A stretch of 14,455 nt of DNA from Bdellovibrionota bacterium (GTDB lineage: Bacteria > Bdellovibrionota_C > UBA2361 > JBGSMV01): assembly GCA_044356455.1 (NCBI GenBank), contig JBIKWF010000112.1, forward strand, positions 1 through 14,455. Direction: 5' to 3'. Positions 8,407 through 14,455 of the stretch are shown here, piece by piece. Position numbers and translations under genes: made by a program. Numbering within the stretch: the stretch's first letter is position 1; each line of letters begins with the position of its first letter. The notes beneath the pieces are model-generated. The model ran no database searches, was not told the origin of the DNA, and saw only the letters and a program-made list of their open reading frames with translations.

Positions 8407-9456
8407 TTAAATTCTAAAAACTGCCTGAACGGCATGAGTTCCTGGCACAGCGCCTTCAACTGATATCTTAGACATAGATACTCGATGTGAAAATATGAGC
8501 CTCTCAATAGCCTGCAGCGCCAATGGCACTAGAAGATTAGCTTTTTTGTTTGGAAATAGAGGCATTACTGCATGCTCAACGATTGTAGACCAGGTAGTGT
8601 TAGGATTTTTAGCGAGATAGCTTAGAAAAGCATTTTCAATATTTTCATCTGAGAGTGTGTACTTATCAAGATATGTCCATAGAGTGTCATCGAGAACTGA
8701 GCAGTCTGTGTTGTGTTTAGAATATATAGTCAGACTGTTCATAGGAACTTCTTTTGCTGTCCTACGCTCAGTGTCTGTTAACCCTAATATAGATGTTGCA
8801 ATTATAGCTCCTTTCTCATGCGCTACAGTTAGAAGGCGCATATTGTAATTTGCGATGAGCAGCTCATTCGGATTGTTGGAGAAAATAAGGATATATGCCC
8901 CTTCAGCAGGCATACGTTTAAAGGCTTTGCGAATTGCCTCTGTAGGTTTTTCCCCCAGTTTTACCAGATAGCCGACAGCTTGAATAAATAGCTCTGTATT
9001 ATGTACGGTAGATCCATCAGGTAATTCGGCACTCCCGCTTACGCCATGTTCTGCTGATGAAAAGGTAACCCCGGAACTAAAAAGCTCATTAGCTAAGAGC
9101 TGACGTGCGTTTTGGTACTCTTTGCCAAAGATGCCGTGGACTCCTGTTCCAATTCCGGCAACAAGGAAATTGCTATCTACAAAAGGTTGTGCGCGCTTGG
9201 AGCTACCTCCGCCGTTTGTTCTGCTATGAGCTAGTCCAGTGGTAGCATGATCAGTAGTAAGATCTAATCCGGATTTCAGCGCAGAGAATTTCAGCGCAGA
9301 GATTGGTCCAACCTCTTTTTTTAGAGAGAATGCTCCATTTGATAGTGTACAAACTCCAGAATAATACCCTCCAAATAGTGCCTCTTGTGCAGTTATTCTT
9401 TCAAGTAGTGGTAAGGTTGTATCAGTAATTCCCGATACAGCCGTTAGCATGCACAT
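8407..9456 (-). CDS. Stand-alone class II glutamine amidotransferase / Ntn-hydrolase-like protein
   Basis: Starts M-C (N-terminal Cys nucleophile). GLAHSRT..GG....AQPF parallels GIxHTRWATHG...NAHP, and later NTE and EGAY match the DTE and GAY positions of GlmS/PurF GATase domains. No SIS or PRTase domain follows. Strong SD AGGAGG. Confidence 0.75.
   Translation of the reverse strand: MCMLTAVSGITDTTLPLLERITAQEALFGGYYSGVCTLSNGAFSLKKEVGPISALKFSALKSGLDLTTDHATTGLAHSRTNGGGSSKRAQPFVDSNFLVAGIGTGVHGIFGKEYQNARQLLANELFSSGVTFSSAEHGVSGSAELPDGSTVHNTELFIQAVGYLVKLGEKPTEAIRKAFKRMPAEGAYILIFSNNPNELLIANYNMRLLTVAHEKGAIIATSILGLTDTERRTAKEVPMNSLTIYSKHNTDCSVLDDTLWTYLDKYTLSDENIENAFLSYLAKNPNTTWSTIVEHAVMPLFPNKKANLLVPLALQAIERLIFSHRVSMSKISVEGAVPGTHAVQAVFRI
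9273..9302. repeat. Perfect 15-bp tandem duplication (atttcagcgcagaga x2), in frame within the Ntn-like gene
   Basis: 9273-9287 is identical to 9288-9302; encodes SALKF-SALKS. Confidence 0.85.
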
Positions 9457-9590
9457 TGATCTACCTCCTTACATACACCCTGAGTAAAACTATATAGCAG
9501 AGTATAGGCAAATCAATCATGTGCAATGACATCAGTGGGATAGGCCGACTTGCTGAGTTCTTGGTTTAGAGAGAATGAAGTAGGGGCAGC

Positions 9591-11957
9591 TCACAAAGCG
9601 AGGCCAAGCCTATGAAAATTTGCGGCGACGTGACCAAGGTAGCGTTCTGCAGCCGCTCTGTCAGGCTCAGGCAGGACTACCGTTTGAGAGCGTCCGAAGA
9701 GACGCGCACGTGCGCTCACCAAATCACCTTTTTTAGTGACCAAGAGGCGCTCCTCAAGGATAGGCCCTCCGATAAAGTGAGTTCCCGGAAGATACAAGAG
9801 TCTCTCAATATAGTGGGGGCCCTGCGTATAATTGTAGTCTACCCGCACGATTTCAAAGGCCCCTGTTGCGCTGGGACCTTGAGGACTAAGGGATCGATCA
9901 AGTGACTCTGTGAAGGTGCCGATCATGCCACGAGACGCCGCGTCCTCGAGTGCTTCAGTAAAGTCGCGAATAACACTCGGACTCTCAGGGTTTAAAAGTG
10001 TGCCTTTTCCGATAGGAGCGAAGGGAGTATGTCCCGCGAGCTGGGTCTTATATACTTCAAGGAGAAGAGCTTGTTTGCAACTCACGATTGCACGCTCAAA
10101 TTGGAGTGGGTTGGGACTGTGCAGGGTCTCAGTTGTTATACTCGACCCTAATTGCATACGCGTATGCGACCGGCATTCCCCACCCCAAGACACTTCGAAC
10201 ATGTCCAACTCGGCCGAGTCGTTAGGATGCAGTAGGAGGATAAACTGGTTTTTCTCCCAGAGCACTTGTAGTCGCTGAATCCCTAATAGTGCTTGATTGC
10301 TTGCGGGTCTCCGAGCATACATTTCGCGCATGGTGGCTGATGCTTCATACCAATGACCCGTTTCCTTGTGCGGGGGGCCCGTCCTGGGCCTTTCATCTGG
10401 CTCAGTCGGTGGCCTGCTAAGAAAGAGCGTAGTTTCGTGCTGAATACTTTGGAGCGACGGACTATTGATCTCCGCAAGTTCTGGACGGCGCGAGAAATGA
10501 GACGCTTTTCGAATAAGATTAGTCAGCAGTCGCTCGGTCTCAAGGTCGGCCAATTTTTCGGGAAATCCCTCAAGCATTTTTGCCTCGCGTGCAAACCAAA
10601 GCGATTCCCTTTTCGCTTTTGCCATGGTTTTGGAGGTCACTCCAATAAGAGAGGGGCCAACACGAGAGGAGCACAGTTCGACGGTGAGTCCGCGGCGAGA
10701 TAATTCAGCAACCGCCTCTGGTTCTGATGCCGAGTCGAGGAGCGTAAAGGTCTCGGCGCTTGAGCCCTTATCTCGAAGAGTAAGCTGAACCACATAACAC
10801 GGAATGACATCACCTAAGGACTCTGCAATCTTTGTGTGAAATCTGACTTCACAAAATAGAGTACGTTCTGGTTGCAGAGAGTCGGCAGCAATGCACCATT
10901 CCCAAGCGACATGGTAAGGGGAGAGTTTTTCTTCGGCCCGAGCTCCCGAGGTGCACAGCTCTACTAAGGCCTCTGGTGATGCGTATTGCAGCACCTCAGG
11001 GGGAATATTGAAAGGAGAGGCGTCACGAAGCTCGCCTTCTCGATGGCTATACAGTGTGCGATAGAGAGCTCCTTGAAGGCCGGGAGAGAGTGCCGCGATG
11101 TGTCGGTTGTTGGATTCCTGTCCTGTGGCGGGAGTAAGCTGAATTGACGCGAGGGCCTCAGACATAAAAGCCTCGGCAGTTCGAGGCGTTTCAACTCTAC
11201 CTTCGGCCGCTAAGGGACTTTCGATAGCGCTCGAGTATTGAGCACCCTCTGATTTGAAGTTCGAAGCGCTGAAGCGAAAAGCGCGCAATTCTCGAGGGTG
11301 GCTTCTCATGCCAAACGCTCGTGAGAGGTCCGAGGTGCTAAGCGTGAGGCCCTGAGATAACGAATGCGTGGGAGTAGCATAGAGCGGGAGGAATGCAACC
11401 GTGCGTTCTTCGGACTTTCTCTTAAGGCGCTCCGCGAGGCTTGCATCGAGATTAGACTCCCGAGAGCTGGCGTAAAGGGTGAGCTCACGTAAGAAGAGTT
11501 CGAGTGTGCGCGATCTTACGGGAGCGGCGATTACCTCGCCTTGCCCGGGTATTGAAAAGTGTACCCATTCATCTCTCACTACCAAGTCTTCGGGGACAGC
11601 GTCGAGTTTGTGCTTAAAAAAAATCTGAGAAAGAAAAGGGTTTTGCAGCACTGCGGAGGATAAGATTTCTCCTGCACCAAAAGGAACGAGAGCGAGAGTG
11701 GTCTTCGACAGCCTTGGTAGTGCGCACCCCTCGAGGGTAATGGAGTCGGGAAGGGGCCTTCCCACAACTATCCTTGGATCGACTTCAAATGCGAGCCGAG
11801 GCGAAAAGGTTCGGCGGTAAAAATTCGAAGACCAATTCCCACCCGGCAAGGAGCGGCCTTGCGGATCTCTATCTGGGTTAGCTCCACCTGGATGCGGACT
11901 TTGCGGCATAAACTTTTGTACTGCTTCAGGTCTTAAGGAAAGGGAGGCTACCACCAA
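9591..11957 (-). CDS. Large hypothetical protein (up to 788 aa; may start at the Met codon at 11909, MPQSP...)
   Basis: 2.4-kb stop-free ORF filling the gap between two other genes; no motif recognised. Confidence 0.75.
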   Translation of the reverse strand: MVVASLSLRPEAVQKFMPQSPHPGGANPDRDPQGRSLPGGNWSSNFYRRTFSPRLAFEVDPRIVVGRPLPDSITLEGCALPRLSKTTLALVPFGAGEILSSAVLQNPFLSQIFFKHKLDAVPEDLVVRDEWVHFSIPGQGEVIAAPVRSRTLELFLRELTLYASSRESNLDASLAERLKRKSEERTVAFLPLYATPTHSLSQGLTLSTSDLSRAFGMRSHPRELRAFRFSASNFKSEGAQYSSAIESPLAAEGRVETPRTAEAFMSEALASIQLTPATGQESNNRHIAALSPGLQGALYRTLYSHREGELRDASPFNIPPEVLQYASPEALVELCTSGARAEEKLSPYHVAWEWCIAADSLQPERTLFCEVRFHTKIAESLGDVIPCYVVQLTLRDKGSSAETFTLLDSASEPEAVAELSRRGLTVELCSSRVGPSLIGVTSKTMAKAKRESLWFAREAKMLEGFPEKLADLETERLLTNLIRKASHFSRRPELAEINSPSLQSIQHETTLFLSRPPTEPDERPRTGPPHKETGHWYEASATMREMYARRPASNQALLGIQRLQVLWEKNQFILLLHPNDSAELDMFEVSWGGECRSHTRMQLGSSITTETLHSPNPLQFERAIVSCKQALLLEVYKTQLAGHTPFAPIGKGTLLNPESPSVIRDFTEALEDAASRGMIGTFTESLDRSLSPQGPSATGAFEIVRVDYNYTQGPHYIERLLYLPGTHFIGGPILEERLLVTKKGDLVSARARLFGRSQTVVLPEPDRAAAERYLGHVAANFHRLGLAL

Positions 11958-12016
11958 ACTTATTCTTAGTCATAAAATAGCGAGGTTTTGCGGGAGAGAG
12001 CTGGTAAGGTTTTATT

Positions 12017-12628
12017 ATGAGTTTTATTGCAACCTATCGTACCAGTCATGACGGGCGTACCGAACCAATTCTTCCAGAAAAAATCTTTGAGCAAATTTGG
12101 AGCCTTACCGACAAGTCCGTAGTTTCACGTGAAACAGGAGAAAGCGGTCTTGCTGCTGCAATTGCTCCTCAGCTTGTGGCGCGTTGGATGAAAATTCCGG
12201 GAGCTCGGCTCACCTGTCTTACGAGCGCAGATCAGTTGATTGGATTTGCTCTCTATTTTGTTGATCAGCAAAACCTTCCCGATTCTGTCTCGTCCCTGTC
12301 CGTACTTTCCAGCCGGCTGGCTCCCTGTGCGTATGCCCATCTCATTGTAGTTGACCCTCAAGCACGCGGAAAAGAAAGGGATGTGTATGGATGTTTGTTA
12401 AAGGCGTCTCTTGCTGAGCTTTCCCCCAAGCACACTGCCGTACTTGCGTGGGTGCGTTTAGAAAACGAGCGTGCCATGCGTGCCCATGAGGCACGGGGTT
12501 GGTGTAGGACTGGTATCCACTGTCCTATGCTCATAGGGGAGCGTTCCTATCCGAGTGAATATTTAGTTTTCCCTCTTAGCAAGCGGAAAGAGGAAATTGA
12601 GGAGCTGATTGCAAATGGGTTGCCATAG
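12017..12628 (+). CDS. GNAT-family N-acetyltransferase
   Basis: LIGFAL strand, motif A HLIVVDPQARGK and motif B AWVRLENERAMRAHEARGW. Confidence 0.85.
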   Translation: MSFIATYRTSHDGRTEPILPEKIFEQIWSLTDKSVVSRETGESGLAAAIAPQLVARWMKIPGARLTCLTSADQLIGFALYFVDQQNLPDSVSSLSVLSSRLAPCAYAHLIVVDPQARGKERDVYGCLLKASLAELSPKHTAVLAWVRLENERAMRAHEARGWCRTGIHCPMLIGERSYPSEYLVFPLSKRKEEIEELIANGLP

Positions 12629-12636
12629 AACCTTAA

Positions 12637-12766
12637 GGAAGCTCTGAAAAAATATGCTCTGTGAACTCTGTGCCCTCTGTGGTTGATTTAAATTGTTGAA
12701 AAACCACAGAGGGCACAGAGAACACGGAGGGAAAGAAATAGAATATCCAGGTTTTTCAGAGGTTCC
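12637..12766. mobile_element. 130-bp MITE-like non-autonomous element with IS5-like ends
   Basis: TIRs GGAAGCTCTGAAAAA (12637-12651) and TTTTTCAGAGGTTCC (12752-12766) are 14/15 complementary. TTAA on both sides (12633-12636, 12767-12770). No ORF inside; sits between convergent genes. Confidence 0.7.
12657..12729. repeat. Long inverted repeat of 3+3 9-bp units (NNCACAGAG)
   Basis: ctctgtgaactctgtgccctctgtggtt (12657-12684) vs aaccacagagggcacagagaacacggag (12702-12729): 19-bp perfect inner stem, 25/28 overall, 17-nt AT-rich loop. Confidence 0.85.
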
Positions 12767-12839
12767 TTAAAATAATTCTTGTCTCTATCTAGATCAAAAC
12801 CACAATCTTCAGCTGTGCCCACTACTCCTCAAAGGCGCC

Positions 12840-14054
12840 TTACTGCTGATACGGAGGCAAATAGGAACTTGCAACCGAGTTTCTTGGCGGCGTGTGCTGC
12901 TTCGTGTCCCCCTCAAGAAAGAAGGCCCTCGCAAGAGTGAGGCAAAGCTCCTTGAGCTCGGTTTCTCTAAACTCCTCACTCGGGATAAATGCTGCAAGCT
13001 CCGGGACTATCTGCCCGTGAACATACTCGGCTGCTCCAAGGATCCGATCTGAGTCTTTGATACCAATACAAATTGAGCTTTGAGCGAATAGTCTTTCTGG
13101 GAGATACAATAATCTCTCTCTTCGGCCCATCTCAAGCACATAGAATGCACGAAGGGCGCTGCGTTCCCTGGTCTTACGTGCGACGAAGAACTCTAGTGAG
13201 CCAACGGTTACGGATTCTGGTGAATCGGAAGCGTCTACATACCTTGTAAGGAGCTGGGTAAGTTTCGCTTGCTCGTGTTCTCCCATTTTTATGAGTGACT
13301 GGCCGAGAAGTGAGTCGATAGTTGAAAAGCCGGATTCGACGATTCGTAAACCTTGATCGCTTAATCCGATAAGGCTGGATCTTCGGTCATTCGGCTCAAG
13401 AGAGCGAACTATGAACTGGGCCTTTTCAAGGGAGGCGAGGGAACGTGAGAGCGCACTTGGAGATGTCGAGAGTTGCTTGGCAAGTGTTGAAGGAGCAAGA
13501 GCTGCCGCGTGAATTCGAGCCAGGATTTGGAACTCTTCGATAGAAACTCCATTTCCCAAAAAGGATCCGCCAATGATGCCAAAGGCGTAGGAGAGCCTTT
13601 CGAGACAGAGCAAAAGGGCGGAACTTCCGGGGGAGGAGGGGCGATTGGGCGCCTGAAGTCTATCGGCGAACGTAGACAGTAATGAAATAAAATCAGAGCG
13701 TTCCTCTGTGGAGAGCGGGTGTATGCAGACTTCTGCCGCAAGCGACCTCAGTACATTGACCAGATATGCGGTGCGTAAGCCCTGAGAGGTGATGTTTATG
13801 GGCCAGGCTCGTCCGTCCCGTTTGTCGCGAGTTACTTCGAGCAGTCCTTCATTGCTTAGTGCTTCGACACGGCGTGATACCACGCTCTTTGCGAGGGCTA
13901 GCATCTCAGAGAGGTCGCTTGAGAGTCGCGGGCCAGGAATGAGGGCGTTCAAAAGGTGGATATCAATCAGGCTTGAAGGGAGGGCGAGACGGCTCGTAAT
14001 TCTCGAGATGCGGGTGTGATGTGCAAAAAGCAGTTCAGCTATCTTGAGAGACAT
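12840..14054 (-). CDS. Transcriptional regulator with two tandem MarR winged-helix domains and a probable degenerate GNAT-like C-terminal domain
   Basis: Domain 1: LSEMLALAKSVVSRRVEALSNEGLLEVTRDKRDGRAWPINITSQG. Domain 2: LAKQLSTSPSALSRSLASLEKAQFIVRSLEPNDRRSSLIGLSDQG. The tail (CIGIKDSDRILGAAEY..FIPSEEFRE) resembles a GNAT core. Confidence 0.85.
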   Translation of the reverse strand: MSLKIAELLFAHHTRISRITSRLALPSSLIDIHLLNALIPGPRLSSDLSEMLALAKSVVSRRVEALSNEGLLEVTRDKRDGRAWPINITSQGLRTAYLVNVLRSLAAEVCIHPLSTEERSDFISLLSTFADRLQAPNRPSSPGSSALLLCLERLSYAFGIIGGSFLGNGVSIEEFQILARIHAAALAPSTLAKQLSTSPSALSRSLASLEKAQFIVRSLEPNDRRSSLIGLSDQGLRIVESGFSTIDSLLGQSLIKMGEHEQAKLTQLLTRYVDASDSPESVTVGSLEFFVARKTRERSALRAFYVLEMGRRERLLYLPERLFAQSSICIGIKDSDRILGAAEYVHGQIVPELAAFIPSEEFRETELKELCLTLARAFFLEGDTKQHTPPRNSVASSYLPPYQQ

Positions 14055-14060
14055 ATAAAT

Positions 14061-14090
14061 ATTCTAATAAATTTAATGTATTAATGTCAA
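14061..14090 (-). promoter_or_regulatory. Near-consensus sigma70 promoter of the double-MarR gene, probably leaderless
   Basis: On the - strand: TTGACA (14090-14085), 18 nt, TAGAAT (14066-14061), 6 nt, ATG (14054). Confidence 0.7.
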
Positions 14091-14187
14091 TGGTGTAGAA
14101 AATAAAGTTGATGGTTCCAAATTGCAAGTATGTATACTAGTAAAGTAATTGCGCCGCCTGTGTTTTTAACCGTTTAGGAGGATTTAT

Positions 14188-14379
14188 ATGAGAGCTGAAG
14201 TTGTGGCCGAGACAGAGGGCTCAGGAACTGCGGGTAGCCATAGAGAGACAGAGTCTATGCGTCAGCTTTACGCCGAAAGTGTAAGAGCCTTAGAAAAGGG
14301 CAGTTCCGCAACGGCTCAAGAGATAGTCAGGTCTCAGGCGGCTAGGAGTCTGTCCCGTAGGACGGGCCAGACTCCATAG
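14188..14379 (+). CDS. Small hypothetical protein (63 aa), divergent from the double-MarR regulator
   Basis: Perfect SD AGGAGG (14176-14181) 6 nt before ATG, AT-rich upstream region containing TATACT (14133-14138), no overlap with other genes. Confidence 0.55.
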   Translation: MRAEVVAETEGSGTAGSHRETESMRQLYAESVRALEKGSSATAQEIVRSQAARSLSRRTGQTP

Positions 14380-14455
14380 GTACAGCGCTCCCCGAAGGTC
14401 GCGCGGGTGAAGTAATAGATTTTATAGTCTTACGCGCCTAATTTTTAGGCTTCTT

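Noticed and set aside
171..14019. Many 60-127-aa ORFs antisense to or out of frame within the major genes
   Set aside because: They are shadows of well-supported CDSs, with no motifs or independent translation signals noted.
14436..14455. gcctaa-ttt-ttaggc-ttctt as an intrinsic terminator of the 63-aa ORF
   Set aside because: Only a 6-bp stem with a 3-nt loop and an interrupted U-tract cut by the window edge; too weak to call.

Overview
A bacterial chromosomal window with GC mostly around 50-55% by eye. The left third is housekeeping: the 3' part of a glutamine-dependent-type NAD+ synthetase (nadE) and a partial classical menaquinone cluster (menH, menG/ubiE on the opposite strand, menF, menD). 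The rest is accessory. It holds a 552-aa orphan whose last ~100 aa look like a RelE/HigB-type toxin domain with no neighbouring antitoxin gene, an AMP nucleosidase, and an AT-richer stand-alone class II glutamine amidotransferase (Ntn)-like gene that looks acquired. Further right are a 788-aa orphan, a GNAT acetyltransferase, a MarR-MarR-(GNAT-like) regulator and a divergent SD-led 63-aa ORF. Non-coding features include a 130-bp MITE-like element (15-bp TIRs, TTAA flanks) enclosing a hairpin of 9-bp units that recurs, degenerate, in two men intergenic regions. Several genes also show a -10 box 6-7 nt before the start codon, suggesting leaderless mRNAs. All family calls come from reading motifs by eye; no searches were run.
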